Virus record (IMG/VR): IMGVR_UViG_3300010392_000664
Span: 1-64,000 of that record
DNA: 64,000 nucleotides
DNA from: a virus
Reading direction: 5' to 3' (one strand)
Position numbers and translations under genes: made by a program
Notes under the pieces: generated by a model
Told to the model about the DNA's origin: nothing
Databases searched by the model: none
Seen by the model: the letters and a program-made list of their open reading frames with translations, nothing else
Part shown: positions 45,206 through 55,530 of the stretch, piece after piece
Numbering within the stretch: position 1 is the first letter of the stretch
Layout of the letters: every line of letters starts with the position of its first letter

Positions 45206-47335
45206 TCAAGAACTTGAAGAACTCGAGCTTTGCCCAGAACTTGAATCACTGCTGTCTTCTTCCTCACATCGACTATCAACTAACGTATGCCCCAAAAACA
45301 CAGACCCCTCTCCGTCCTCAGCTATCGCATAAGGGTTAGCTATTCCGACTTGCTTGTTTTCCCAAACTAAATCCCCATTTGAATCCAATTGCACTAAAGA
45401 TCCATACTCTGGATTTTCAGTATTTGATGTGAAATAATACCTTTCCAAATCTTCAGAAATATGAACAGCGGGATAGTTTGTGTTACCGGTGGTTCTTTCT
45501 AATAACTTATCAGGAGATTTTGCCCACACCATTTCTCCTTTTGTTATTGTCAATCTACTCACTTCATAAAGTTCATCACCTGAATATTCAAATATTCTTT
45601 TTCCCCATCTATAAAAAGATCCATTTCCTGAAAAGGTCATTGCCACCGTTGAGGCAGAACCACCTAATGGACTAACTCTAAAAATCCCAAACAAGTACTC
45701 AACGCCATCTATTTCTACAATTTCTGATCTTCCATAAGCCCAATCAATAACATTATCATTTATAACCGAAGTGCTCCCAAACAGTACTATTCCTCCACCT
45801 CCCCCATAAATGGTTCTTTGCAAATTACCATCTGTATCATAAACCACTATTGCAGGAAATTCGGAAGAATCCCGTTCAGTTGATAGCCATATATTCCCAT
45901 CATGAATAGTCATTGTTCTTCCAGATGGAACAGCTAGAGGCCAATTTCCAGCGGTCACCTCCTGCAACCCTAAAGTGAATTTCAAAATATATCTTTGTAA
46001 TGCAACCTGCCCCATAGTATAAATGAATGATCCGTCAGTAACCATACTTGTAGGACTAATGCCCATACTCCACGGACCAGCCTGAAGTGTTGGTGTAGCG
46101 GCATGATTCGTTCTGTCAACTTTGTAAAATCTAAAGGGAAATGGTGTATTAAAGGCATAGTAATAGTTTCCTATAAAAACACCTGCACCTAATCTTAAAT
46201 TGAAGTATGAAGTTAAAGAACCCCCCGAATCAAAAAACGTCATCCCAGCTCTGTTGAATAAACCACCAACAACACCATCTTCATCGCAAGCATAAGGAGC
46301 TTCTACACCAAATCCAGTTGTAGCCGAAGCATCCGTAGTCCAATCAGGCGTAGCAGAATCAGTGAAATGATTCATACCATTACTATTAGCAGCATAAAAT
46401 CCACCATTAGGATCCCCTAATCCATTCATAAATCCAAATCCACCAGATTCAACATCTCTAAAATCTTCCGAAATTGAAATTTGTCTTAATGTGATTTCAT
46501 TATCTGGTAATTGAACATTATATGGACTTGATTCAGATATTCGCTCTTCGCCAATTAAAATATAATCACCATTCACATCGTAAGATTGAGCATTTTGATT
46601 AACAAAACCTAAAATGATTCCTGTTTCTGGATCTGCTATTGCCGGTCCTAGTCCTCCAGCATTCAAAAATAAGTTATTGTCAGTATTAAATGATAGTTGA
46701 GGCTGAGCTGTGCCAACAAATGAGCGAAAGGTGCGTGACAGGTAAACTAGATTTCCATCAAAATCCAACTTTGCTATTCTAGAGTAATCTAAAGATACAT
46801 AAATGAATTGATTATCTTTATCAACAGCAAATCCTATTGTTGCCGCCCGTCCAAAAAAAGTTCCATCAGCATGCAGTATCTCAACAGGCCAATTAGCTTG
46901 AACTAATTCAATTCCATTTTTATCTAAAAGATGAATATCAGCATGCTCATCAAAAACTCCAAATGTATGAGATGAGACTGACTGAGTATTTCCAAGAGGG
47001 GCATGCTCATCATACCCGTTCACCTGATACCATTTTACATCTCCAAGCACACGACCGACCTTGATAGCCGCTCCAATAGGAGTATCAAAATCAGATGCTG
47101 ATGACGCTGATGATTCGCTATCTTCATCAGCTAATTCTCGAATTGTTGATTGAGAATAAATGAACCCGTCTATTTTCAAAGTCCGAGGAAGACCTACACG
47201 AGTTTGGCCGAAGAACTTACCATTTGCTATATTGATATTTGATAAATCAACCAAATCCTCACATGGAAATGGTTGATGAAAAAAAGCCCACGGCGGTCGG
47301 CAGCATGGGCATAATCCAGAATAAATAGATGTCAT
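45206..47335 (-). CDS. putative tail-tip / receptor-binding beta-rich protein with Ser-rich segments
   Basis: Downstream of tape measure; propeller-like repeats (D.DGNL.W/Y); C-terminal SSDSSSGQSSSSSSS. Confidence 0.6.
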   Translation of the reverse strand: MTSIYSGLCPCCRPPWAFFHQPFPCEDLVDLSNINIANGKFFGQTRVGLPRTLKIDGFIYSQSTIRELADEDSESSASSASDFDTPIGAAIKVGRVLGDVKWYQVNGYDEHAPLGNTQSVSSHTFGVFDEHADIHLLDKNGIELVQANWPVEILHADGTFFGRAATIGFAVDKDNQFIYVSLDYSRIAKLDFDGNLVYLSRTFRSFVGTAQPQLSFNTDNNLFLNAGGLGPAIADPETGIILGFVNQNAQSYDVNGDYILIGEERISESSPYNVQLPDNEITLRQISISEDFRDVESGGFGFMNGLGDPNGGFYAANSNGMNHFTDSATPDWTTDASATTGFGVEAPYACDEDGVVGGLFNRAGMTFFDSGGSLTSYFNLRLGAGVFIGNYYYAFNTPFPFRFYKVDRTNHAATPTLQAGPWSMGISPTSMVTDGSFIYTMGQVALQRYILKFTLGLQEVTAGNWPLAVPSGRTMTIHDGNIWLSTERDSSEFPAIVVYDTDGNLQRTIYGGGGGIVLFGSTSVINDNVIDWAYGRSEIVEIDGVEYLFGIFRVSPLGGSASTVAMTFSGNGSFYRWGKRIFEYSGDELYEVSRLTITKGEMVWAKSPDKLLERTTGNTNYPAVHISEDLERYYFTSNTENPEYGSLVQLDSNGDLVWENKQVGIANPYAIAEDGEGSVFLGHTLVDSRCEEEDSSDSSSGQSSSSSSS

Positions 47336-48234
47336 CCCTCTACTACTCCAAGTTGAGATAAGGCAGCAATAACACCCATTCCACTACCCCCTTCCAGATC
47401 ACTCCAATCTGCCCCAGGTATCGGTTGTGGGCGATTACCACAATCGTTTATGAATTCAACTCTGATCGTTGCATTTGGTAACGGACCCATAGTGACTTTG
47501 ATATTAGAATCATTTGACGTGCCGTCAAAAGGATTATCACTTGCTGAACTTTCAGAACTAACTTCATCGTCATCATCTACAGGATTATTAATTACTGCAA
47601 GATGGGTGAGAAGAATATTTTTGAATTCAGTAGCTGTTGCATCATATGGAAATGTCAGAGTTTGTGTGTGATCATAAAATTGAGTGTTAATTCTCCATAT
47701 TAAATCAAACTCACCATCAGTAGGTTTCCCTAACAGGGTAATATCAATGATGGCGTTTTGCGGATCACAAAGACCACCAGCTCCTGTCAGGATCGGTATG
47801 AACGCCCCACGTTGAGAATCCCAATAAGCTGTGAGTACATCACCAACTTGAAGTGTTGTGGCGTTGACTGATCCGGCGTCTAAATCATGTGGCTCAGCTT
47901 CATCATCGGTATACCATTCTCGTGCAGCATGATCATAGTACCGAAACCGACATTCGAACAACACCTCGTCATCTAAAATACTAGATTCAGACGACCGGGA
48001 TGAGCTTAGTGACTCAGAAGAATTAGATGAACTACTTTCTAATTCAGATCCTTCAGCAGTTATAACAACTACACGTTGAATATGGGGAGGAAGGGGACTG
48101 GAAGACCCATCTCGAGTGATTGCATATGGAGAACCACCTCTGCTGGCTATAGGCCGCACAACAGAATTTATGTCATTGACATGCTCATGACTTAAAAAGT
48201 CACCTGCTCTTTTATCGGGAAAGATTTCTCTCAT
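47332..48234 (-). CDS. putative tail protein with Ser-rich linker
   Basis: Position; GD.LS..HVN N-terminus; SSSSNSSESLSSSRSSESS. Confidence 0.6.
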   Translation of the reverse strand: MREIFPDKRAGDFLSHEHVNDINSVVRPIASRGGSPYAITRDGSSSPLPPHIQRVVVITAEGSELESSSSNSSESLSSSRSSESSILDDEVLFECRFRYYDHAAREWYTDDEAEPHDLDAGSVNATTLQVGDVLTAYWDSQRGAFIPILTGAGGLCDPQNAIIDITLLGKPTDGEFDLIWRINTQFYDHTQTLTFPYDATATEFKNILLTHLAVINNPVDDDDEVSSESSASDNPFDGTSNDSNIKVTMGPLPNATIRVEFINDCGNRPQPIPGADWSDLEGGSGMGVIAALSQLGVVEG

Positions 48235-48237
48235 TGT

Positions 48238-49209
48238 TTATATTCTAAACAGAACATTAAAATCTACTGTTTCATGTATTTCATTCTTCCCGTCAATTTT
48301 TACTCTAACCCACCCGGTTTTGGGATCCCAAATACTATTATGACCGTGTACCCTGCCCTTCCAAAACACCCGCTTTTCCAAAAACTTCATGTCAACAGTA
48401 ACGGGCGGTGTTTTAGTAATTCCAGCTTGCCATGTTTTCTGTTCCGAGTATGACCACCCTACAAATAAAATCGTTTCCGGACCAGCACCAAAAAGCCAAT
48501 CTAGGGGACTTCTGTTAATTTTCCCCATAGCAGCTCGCAACCGACCTATGATTTTATCGGTAAATAAATCGTAAGGTACACTTCTCCACTTCACTGACCA
48601 TTGCACCATTGGCACCATGACAACTACCGGGAGAAGGGGATCTCTTAAAGGAGAGTCATTTTCATTAGTATCATCTTTTGATTGATCTTCTACAAGATGT
48701 TCTTCTTGGGGTTCATCAGCAGGAGGAGGTGGTATTTCCTCTTCCGTTTTTACTCCATTGGGCATAGGGGCATGAAGAAAGTCACCAGTAGCGGAGGCGT
48801 TAACCTCTAAAAACGCATCGGGATCTTCATCTTCCTGGATTTCAGTGTCGTAATGAATTGTGCATTCAACGATACCAAAATAAGTGTTAGCTGGTGCTCC
48901 AGAATCAAACCCCCAAGGATCAATAGGGTAATCTGAATCTAATGATCGGAAACTTATCTTTCGTGCTCCCAAAGCCGGGAGTCCGATGAGCTGTTTCGTA
49001 GTGGGGTAAGATGTTTGCCCGAATTCAATAGGGGCAGGGAGCATAAACGATAAAAAATCAGGAAGACGATTAGCGGGAATCAACACCCTTTGAGATAGGT
49101 TTCCTCTTTCCCTTTCAAATTCACCTTCAACGCCCGCCGCTAACTTGTACGGAATGCCGTTGTCGGTCCTTAATCTCCATTGTGTGGGATCTTCCGCATT
49201 ACCAGCCAT
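48238..49209 (-). CDS. putative distal tail/hub protein
   Basis: First gene after the tape measure; beta-rich. Confidence 0.55.
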   Translation of the reverse strand: MAGNAEDPTQWRLRTDNGIPYKLAAGVEGEFERERGNLSQRVLIPANRLPDFLSFMLPAPIEFGQTSYPTTKQLIGLPALGARKISFRSLDSDYPIDPWGFDSGAPANTYFGIVECTIHYDTEIQEDEDPDAFLEVNASATGDFLHAPMPNGVKTEEEIPPPPADEPQEEHLVEDQSKDDTNENDSPLRDPLLPVVVMVPMVQWSVKWRSVPYDLFTDKIIGRLRAAMGKINRSPLDWLFGAGPETILFVGWSYSEQKTWQAGITKTPPVTVDMKFLEKRVFWKGRVHGHNSIWDPKTGWVRVKIDGKNEIHETVDFNVLFRI

Positions 49210-51314
49210 TACGTTAATCCTCCACCTTGGCGTCTTCGTTTAGTTTCTTCGAGTTGTTTGTTTTGAATATCAACCATCGTTTCCAGCAGTGAGTTGCGTT
49301 TGCCGTCTAGATCGCCGCCTGTTAAAAAGGCATCTTGGATAGCACTACCAAAATCAGGAATAGCAAACCGACCGGCGTCCAGAGTAACCCCAGGTGCCGA
49401 AGGTTTGGACCTGGGTTTTCTTCCACGAGGTTTTGGCTCATCTTCTGGTTCTCCACCAATGTCTTTTGCTTTTCTATTAAAGACATTTTTCATTCGGGCT
49501 ACTTCCATTTGCCTTTGCAGATCTATCAAGTTTTTCTTTGCAGCATCAATCGGCATGGCTAATGGGTTTTTTGGTCCTTGGAATATTTTCAGATCCGTTT
49601 TGAATTTATCAGACACTCCATCAAGAAATGAAGTGTCGAGTTTGTTCATTTCTTTTGCAAATTCTTCGACAAATGCCGTCCCCATTCCTCTTCCGTTAAA
49701 ATCTCCTTTAATGCCTTCCCACATAGCAATAAACATGGCTTTAACTGTTGTGACCACAGCATCAAAAACAGACATCAAAGCAGTTCCTAGATTTGAGAAA
49801 ACATAAATTCCAGTTGAAACCGTCGCTTTGAATAGACCAGTGATCCTATTCATTGTGGCCATGACACTATTAGCTATTTCAAGGAAAATCAGAATCACTG
49901 ACGTTTTTAAGAACTTCCATGTTAAACCCCAATCCGTTGTGAAAAGACTTATAGCATTCATAATACTATTAATCTTCTTCATAAAGAAGTTAACAAATTC
50001 ACTAACGGTGAACATAGTGACTCCAAACACCGATTTTATGATACTAGCCACAAAGTTCCAAGCGAATTTAGCTGCTGTTTTAATCACACCCCAAACATTA
50101 ACAACTACATCCAATAGATTGAAAAATATATTCTTAGCGAAGAAGAAGAACTTATCAAATTCTTTTTTGTTCCGCTCTATTACTCCTTTTATGCCATTAA
50201 CTATCCCCATCAAACCTTTCATGATGGCCCCAGAGACAGCATTGAATACACCTTTAATAGCAGCAAACGCTTTTCCAAGAAGACCAGATGATGTTTCAGC
50301 TTCTTTAAATTTAGCAATCAACCAACCGAGAGCTGCCCCAGCTAATACGAAGAAAATACCGACACCAGATCCTATCAATGCGGATCTAACGGATATGCCT
50401 AAAAGTCGAGCAGCAATCCTTGCCGCAATTAATGAACTCACAAGTCCACTCACAGCAGTAGTAGTTGTGATGATAGCCGCTGTCAATTTAGGAAATTGTT
50501 TTATGATTACTTTAATTCCATCCACAACAGTAATCAAAGCGTTCACTATCTTTGTCACCGTAGGGATGATAGCAGCACCCATTTCACGAAGAGCTTGTGT
50601 CCATGAGTCTTTAAGATTAGAAAAACGACCCATCATTGATTGGTTTTGTTTTTCCATTAAATTCTCAAACATCCCACCGGCACCGGTCATTCTGTTGAAT
50701 GCTTGTTCAACCATGTCGGCAGAAATCTCGCTTCTGGAAGTCATGTTAGCGATTTCAGATTCTGCTACTCCTAGCATATCTGCTAATTCGCTAACCATAG
50801 GAACACCCAGAATACCGAAGTCCCTTAATTCACGACCGGTCAATTTAGATGCCCGCCGAACCTGAGCCATATTCGCAATGATTCTCTCTAGACCAAATTC
50901 TCCTTTTCCAATACCAGCAGAAACATCACCGATACTTCTTAATGTAGGGATTAATTCATCAGCAGCATAACCTGCAGCAATCAATTGACGAGCATTGTTC
51001 TCAATGCCAGTTAATTCAAAAGGTGTGCGGGCAGCAAAATCAGCAAGTTCCTGAAGTTTTTCTTTAGCAAGTTCCTCACTTCCCAAGATAGTAGAAAAGG
51101 CGATATTAGTTTGTTCAAATTCACCAGCAAGGGTAGTGGCCTGTTGAATAAGTCCTGAACCGGCAGCAGCTACAGCGGATAAAATACCACCAGCAGCAAG
51201 TTCGATTCCTTGGAGAGTCTTTTGGGTTTCGCCTTTAACGGAACGAAGACCAGACCGCATGCCAGCAGCATCCAGTCGGACTCTCACAAAAACTCGTGCT
51301 AATTCATAACCCAT
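49209..51314 (-). CDS. tail tape measure protein
   Basis: EQTNIAF, FAARTPFEL, IGDVSAG, GRFSNLKD tape-measure domain; amphipathic repeats. Confidence 0.92.
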   Translation of the reverse strand: MGYELARVFVRVRLDAAGMRSGLRSVKGETQKTLQGIELAAGGILSAVAAAGSGLIQQATTLAGEFEQTNIAFSTILGSEELAKEKLQELADFAARTPFELTGIENNARQLIAAGYAADELIPTLRSIGDVSAGIGKGEFGLERIIANMAQVRRASKLTGRELRDFGILGVPMVSELADMLGVAESEIANMTSRSEISADMVEQAFNRMTGAGGMFENLMEKQNQSMMGRFSNLKDSWTQALREMGAAIIPTVTKIVNALITVVDGIKVIIKQFPKLTAAIITTTTAVSGLVSSLIAARIAARLLGISVRSALIGSGVGIFFVLAGAALGWLIAKFKEAETSSGLLGKAFAAIKGVFNAVSGAIMKGLMGIVNGIKGVIERNKKEFDKFFFFAKNIFFNLLDVVVNVWGVIKTAAKFAWNFVASIIKSVFGVTMFTVSEFVNFFMKKINSIMNAISLFTTDWGLTWKFLKTSVILIFLEIANSVMATMNRITGLFKATVSTGIYVFSNLGTALMSVFDAVVTTVKAMFIAMWEGIKGDFNGRGMGTAFVEEFAKEMNKLDTSFLDGVSDKFKTDLKIFQGPKNPLAMPIDAAKKNLIDLQRQMEVARMKNVFNRKAKDIGGEPEDEPKPRGRKPRSKPSAPGVTLDAGRFAIPDFGSAIQDAFLTGGDLDGKRNSLLETMVDIQNKQLEETKRRRQGGGLT

Positions 51315-51317
51315 TGC

Positions 51318-51725
51318 CTACTCCTTGCGTTTTCTTCGCTCCTCCCGCCGTTTACGCCGCCGTTCGCGGGCCTCTGCCCGTTGCTCGCGGCCAGTTGGTT
51401 CCTTCTGGTGTTGTTTTGCCGCCTCTGCTTCCATCAACCTACGTGCTAGGGATTTGCCGCCCACGTTGAGCTTGGCCTTTATGGGTTTGCCATACTTATC
51501 TCGGCCACGGACCATTCCATGTTTATCCGCCATTGCGAGGCCAACTTCGCTATCAACTTTTATTGATCGTTTCTTTCCAGACTTTCTGAGATTTTTAGAA
51601 TCTACCAATAACATATAAATTTGATCCAAAGTCATATGGCCTACTTTAGTAGGGCATATCCCAAGACCCCCATCCCAAGGATTATCACATAATCTTCTTA
51701 TGTGCCAAGGACCGAGCCCAGCCAT
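51318..51725 (-). CDS. tail assembly chaperone, gpT-like part reached by -1 frameshift
   Basis: HMTLDQI motif; its frame is open back to the slippery site at 51800. Confidence 0.75.
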   Translation of the reverse strand: MAGLGPWHIRRLCDNPWDGGLGICPTKVGHMTLDQIYMLLVDSKNLRKSGKKRSIKVDSEVGLAMADKHGMVRGRDKYGKPIKAKLNVGGKSLARRLMEAEAAKQHQKEPTGREQRAEARERRRKRREERRKRKE

Positions 51726-51787
51726 AAGATCATGATAAATTATCTCATCCGTTTCTTGGGCATCCCCGTCACTTCTTGCGACGGACC

Positions 51788-52441
51788 CTAAGTATTTCCC
51801 ATTTCAGGAGCACTTAGGGATTCGATCGTTCTGCTAAGCTCAATCATCAATTGAGGGTTTTTGCTGACTGCTAAAATGATGTCACTTCGCGTAACTGGAT
51901 TTCCTTCAAAGCATTTGCAGATCATTTCAAGTTGACCGGCGTGAGATCCCGTTATCCACCAACTGGAGTAACCAACTTTATGCTTTCGAGGAACGTCATC
52001 AGTTAATTTTGTGTACAATTCAACTGACAGATCTTCGCTTTCCAGGCAAGTTGCGATGATTTCCTGCTTTTGTCTTTTGACTTTCTCCTTTGATGCGTTT
52101 TTTACAGGCGTATAGTCAAATGAATCAGTAAGCCATTTACTTATCGAACCATTGATTTTGATTTTACTGACATCATAAACTTCCTTTGTCGGAAGGTCTT
52201 CTAGTGTCCAAAGAGAAACCTCATCCATCTTCTCTCGCAGCAACCGCTCACCGGCACCATCCGGCAAAAGATCAGCATTGTCAGAATAAGTGGAAAGGTA
52301 CTCTCTCTTGTACATCTTGAGACATGTTCTCTCCAATTCGGTAAGCTCAATGATTGTCAAAGGGCGAACTTTACATTCCACATCACCAATCATAAGTGTC
52401 CCGGCACTGGCACCAAGAACACGAGCTACATCTTCAGCCAT
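51788..52441 (-). CDS. tail assembly chaperone, gpG-like
   Basis: Between tail tube and tape measure; ends at G GGA AAT. Confidence 0.75.
   Translation of the reverse strand: MAEDVARVLGASAGTLMIGDVECKVRPLTIIELTELERTCLKMYKREYLSTYSDNADLLPDGAGERLLREKMDEVSLWTLEDLPTKEVYDVSKIKINGSISKWLTDSFDYTPVKNASKEKVKRQKQEIIATCLESEDLSVELYTKLTDDVPRKHKVGYSSWWITGSHAGQLEMICKCFEGNPVTRSDIILAVSKNPQLMIELSRTIESLSAPEMGNT
51794..51800 (-). other. programmed -1 ribosomal frameshift site GGGAAAT
   Basis: XXXYYYZ heptamer one codon before the stop; the -1 frame runs without stops into ORF 51318-51725. Confidence 0.82.
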
Positions 52442-52665
52442 TGTTGTTTTCCTCTGTTACTTTGACAGTTCCCTTGCGAAGGAACCAAACGGATTGATCT
52501 TGGGAATGAACCCAAGTATATACGCTGACTTAGGGGGAATTTTAATAAGACGAGATGATGAGATGAGTCTTCGTTCCAAACGGCACCCATCACAAGAACA
52601 GGACGGAAGATAATGCCGTTTGGTTTTTTCGAAGATTTCAGGAGGGTTTGTCATGATAACATGAC

Positions 52666-53091
52666 TTATAAGGATCTGGAGGGTGCTCCAGCTTGACCCG
52701 GTCGATAGAAAATGCCGTCGGCACCGAAAGAGGTAGTCCAACCGATAACCTCTTCTGTGTCAATATCAACTGAAATATTGAAATCGGTGCATAAAGCTCT
52801 TGGGAAATCCCAATAAAGCGAAACGTTATTCATCCAAAGAGTTTCAATGGCAATATCACCCGGCATGAAGGTATCGTATACCTCGGTTCCGGTATCGTAC
52901 ACGCCTTCGGCTTCGGAGGTGGCATCTCGACGACCCGCTGCCCGGTTAGTGTACCCGGCGGAGTCAGAGTCACCCCATTCGGAACTACTCGCTTGCGTAG
53001 GATTGACAGACCAGTTCTTCGTTCTGGCGACCGTAGTGGACGCCACCTGGAACTTGCCGGTCCTCCCGGTTAATGCTGTTTCACTGGTCAT
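52666..53091 (-). CDS. tail tube (major tail) protein
   Basis: 141 aa; G..G, NWSV and FGADG tube-like pattern; upstream of the chaperones. Confidence 0.7.
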   Translation of the reverse strand: MTSETALTGRTGKFQVASTTVARTKNWSVNPTQASSSEWGDSDSAGYTNRAAGRRDATSEAEGVYDTGTEVYDTFMPGDIAIETLWMNNVSLYWDFPRALCTDFNISVDIDTEEVIGWTTSFGADGIFYRPGQAGAPSRSL

Positions 53092-53121
53092 GCTGAATTC
53101 CTTATCAGATCAAATTTAAGT

Positions 53122-53847
53122 TTACGGTGAGGAGGAAGAGCTACTCGAAGCTGACGAAGTTGACGATGCCGACGAACTCGACAGACTACTACTTGATGAC
53201 GATACCGATGACACTGAGCTGCTGCTTGACGAGCTACTCGACACCGAGCTACTGGAAGAGCTGCTTGACGAACTGGAACTTGCGTCAGCATCATCTCTAC
53301 CTATCAACAACACAGTGTAGGTAACTGCTGCTGAATTTGCCGTTACCTTAACACGATGACTTGATGCGTCCGTTACTGCAAATGCTGCTTCAGCAGGCTG
53401 TGCTTTTGCTAACCACCCTTGGCCTCGTAGCCCACCTCCTAATGCCGCAGTATGGGAACCGATCGGACTCCAACCATTTGTGGCGTCAGGTTCGACTTCC
53501 AGGATACCAGCAGCATCCACCGCATTTTCATTCACAAACCCAACAAACACGATTTCTTCATTTAAGTTTGCCTGCCCATTTATATCGTTTCCAGCACCCG
53601 CCCCAGTGTCAATAGATCCCGTATCGTAGACATCAATTACCCGCGAAGATCCACTTGATAGGGTTTCTCTGAATTCCCATGCTCTGTTTGCTTCATTTGC
53701 ATTAACACCAGACGACAAAGTTAATGAAAGCACAAGCTGCTGCACACCAGACGAATTTCTGCTGGTGTTGGATGTCATTGTATTGACAACAGTAGCAGTG
53801 GCCGAAATTGATACTTTCGCTGCTGCAAGGGATCGTGTTCCCATCAC
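53122..53847 (-). CDS. putative virion protein with ~52-aa C-terminal poly-serine tail
   Basis: Beta-rich domain between tail terminator and tube; Ser tract at 53125-53280 in mixed TCN/AGY codons. Confidence 0.75.
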   Translation of the reverse strand: MMGTRSLAAAKVSISATATVVNTMTSNTSRNSSGVQQLVLSLTLSSGVNANEANRAWEFRETLSSGSSRVIDVYDTGSIDTGAGAGNDINGQANLNEEIVFVGFVNENAVDAAGILEVEPDATNGWSPIGSHTAALGGGLRGQGWLAKAQPAEAAFAVTDASSHRVKVTANSAAVTYTVLLIGRDDADASSSSSSSSSSSSVSSSSSSSSSVSSVSSSSSSLSSSSASSTSSASSSSSSSP

Positions 53848-53854
53848 TTAACCT

Positions 53855-54361
53855 TTATAATAATTTAACCGGAACGTCGAGTAAGAAGAGATAAAAGATG
53901 TCCCATCTATACTCTTTATCACCCGTTTTTATTCCAACATCATTCTGGTACTGCACATTCAAAACATTGCCATAAGTCAGTTCGATCGGCAGGGGATCCG
54001 CTTCTGGATGCCCGCCGAATTTTTGCATAACAAAACCGGCGAGGCGAGCAGCAGTCTCTTTCGCTGTTTCATTATTTGTACTGATTTCTTTTGCATGTAT
54101 TCTGAAAATCCAAGGGACTAGTCTATGCTCATGTTTTTCGTCTGCAGAATGACCAGAATCCCTTGAATCTGTATTTCCAGCTTCTTGCTCGTATACGCAA
54201 TAAGGAAATGGCTGTTTTGCCATCCCGTCTTGATCGTTTAGGGAAGTGAATTGAGTGCGTAATGACTCCTCCCAATTCTTCTTAAATTCCCATGATATTC
54301 CTGAATCTTCCCATACAGTGGCAATGGCTTTATGTAAGTCCGCTGATCCTACAAAAGTCAT
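53855..54361 (-). CDS. tail terminator / completion protein
   Basis: PFPYCVY motif; position after the gp10-like gene. Confidence 0.65.
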   Translation of the reverse strand: MTFVGSADLHKAIATVWEDSGISWEFKKNWEESLRTQFTSLNDQDGMAKQPFPYCVYEQEAGNTDSRDSGHSADEKHEHRLVPWIFRIHAKEISTNNETAKETAARLAGFVMQKFGGHPEADPLPIELTYGNVLNVQYQNDVGIKTGDKEYRWDIFYLFLLDVPVKLL

Positions 54362-54819
54362 CGTATTGGCCCTGACAATAACTTAACCAGTCGTTGTCTA
54401 TTTTCATTCAAAGTTCTACGCAAAAACGACCGATTCATCTGAAGTTCTAGGGTCACACCATAATCAACAGGTGTGCCAATCACCCCATCGTATACTCCAG
54501 GACTAGGGGAAAAGGTCGTTTGAAAAATTGACTTCATCAGGTTAGTTGTGTCTGCTTTCGGAAATTCTCCAGGTTTCGATCGGTTCGAAACCCTGACCAC
54601 TCCATTGACCAGAGATTTCGTAACCGGACGAGAGATATTTTTGACCACCTCATTTCTAACGAATTCTGAAGCTAAAGAAACTCGTTGTCTTACGGTCAAC
54701 TCTATCTTACTAGAAACTTCCTCAATGAACCACTTTGTTTCGCTTGCTCTGTCTCCAGCAGTCGCAGCCCGGCGAAACCGAGCTTTTTCAATGCGATTAA
54801 TTCCTGCTTGAGTTGCCAT
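54358..54819 (-). CDS. HK97 gp10-like tail completion protein
   Basis: SKPGEFP..DT.NL..SI, YG..LE, RSFLR.TL. Confidence 0.75.
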   Translation of the reverse strand: MATQAGINRIEKARFRRAATAGDRASETKWFIEEVSSKIELTVRQRVSLASEFVRNEVVKNISRPVTKSLVNGVVRVSNRSKPGEFPKADTTNLMKSIFQTTFSPSPGVYDGVIGTPVDYGVTLELQMNRSFLRRTLNENRQRLVKLLSGPIR

Positions 54820-55421
54820 TAACCACCTGATCGTGAAAGATTTTCAACCCATTCGTCCCATTGATCTTCATAAACGGGTTGGGTGTTACCAATTCGACTG
54901 CCAGGATTCAGCAAAAACTTACCCGGCAATTCTTCAATTTCTTCGATTGTTGGTTGCTTGCCCCGAACCAACTTGGCATCTCCTGATTCCAAGAGCCACA
55001 ACATTTCCCGGCAAAGGGTCTTCATTCGATGTGGGTCAAGTATTTCAGTTCTCGGAGGCACACCTTCGATCTTATCCCCGACCGAAAATGCACTTGTTTC
55101 CTTCATGTACCGATAAATCCGTTTGCACATCTGTTCATCATTATTCAACGGATCCTTGATCATGATCGTTCTGTTTTCCGGGTCCACGTGCAATTCCATT
55201 CCCGGAATCCTTTGCAGAGTCGCTAACCCCCGCGATCTATCAACGGGAACCATCATTTCCCCGGATTTCACATCCTTGACTGGTCGATGCCCATCAATGG
55301 CAGAACGTAATCTCAATCCGGGAACTGATTGAATCAACTGATTACCGTTATTCTGGTTATCAATCTCAATCCCGAACTTTACATAAGTTCTGCTCTCTTG
55401 CTTCTCCGCTGTTGCCGCCAT
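54819..55421 (-). CDS. hypothetical protein in the head-tail region
   Basis: ORF directly after the capsid gene. Confidence 0.65.
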   Translation of the reverse strand: MAATAEKQESRTYVKFGIEIDNQNNGNQLIQSVPGLRLRSAIDGHRPVKDVKSGEMMVPVDRSRGLATLQRIPGMELHVDPENRTIMIKDPLNNDEQMCKRIYRYMKETSAFSVGDKIEGVPPRTEILDPHRMKTLCREMLWLLESGDAKLVRGKQPTIEEIEELPGKFLLNPGSRIGNTQPVYEDQWDEWVENLSRSGG

Positions 55422-55452
55422 TAACTCTACCTTTCTTAAATGCTATAGTGAA

Positions 55453-55491
55453 CCCTGTCTGCTGGCAAAACAACAAATCCAGCAGACAGGG
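55453..55491 (-). promoter_or_regulatory. 13-bp perfect hairpin after the capsid gene (processing/stabilising site or weak terminator)
   Basis: CCCTGTCTGCTGG...CCAGCAGACAGGG with no U-tail. Confidence 0.55.
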
Positions 55492-55530
55492 ACTCAAGAT
55501 AGCAGATTCCTTCCGCTATACAAGTTCAAC

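Noticed and set aside
49294-50865. Long plus-strand ORFs (170 and 345 aa) and other plus-strand ORFs across the window
   Set aside because: They are antisense shadows of clear minus-strand genes, with no motifs or independent expression signals.
52457-52741. 94-aa ORF between tail tube and chaperone
   Set aside because: It overlaps the tube gene and has no convincing SD or homology. A shorter version from 52654 is possible but unsupported.
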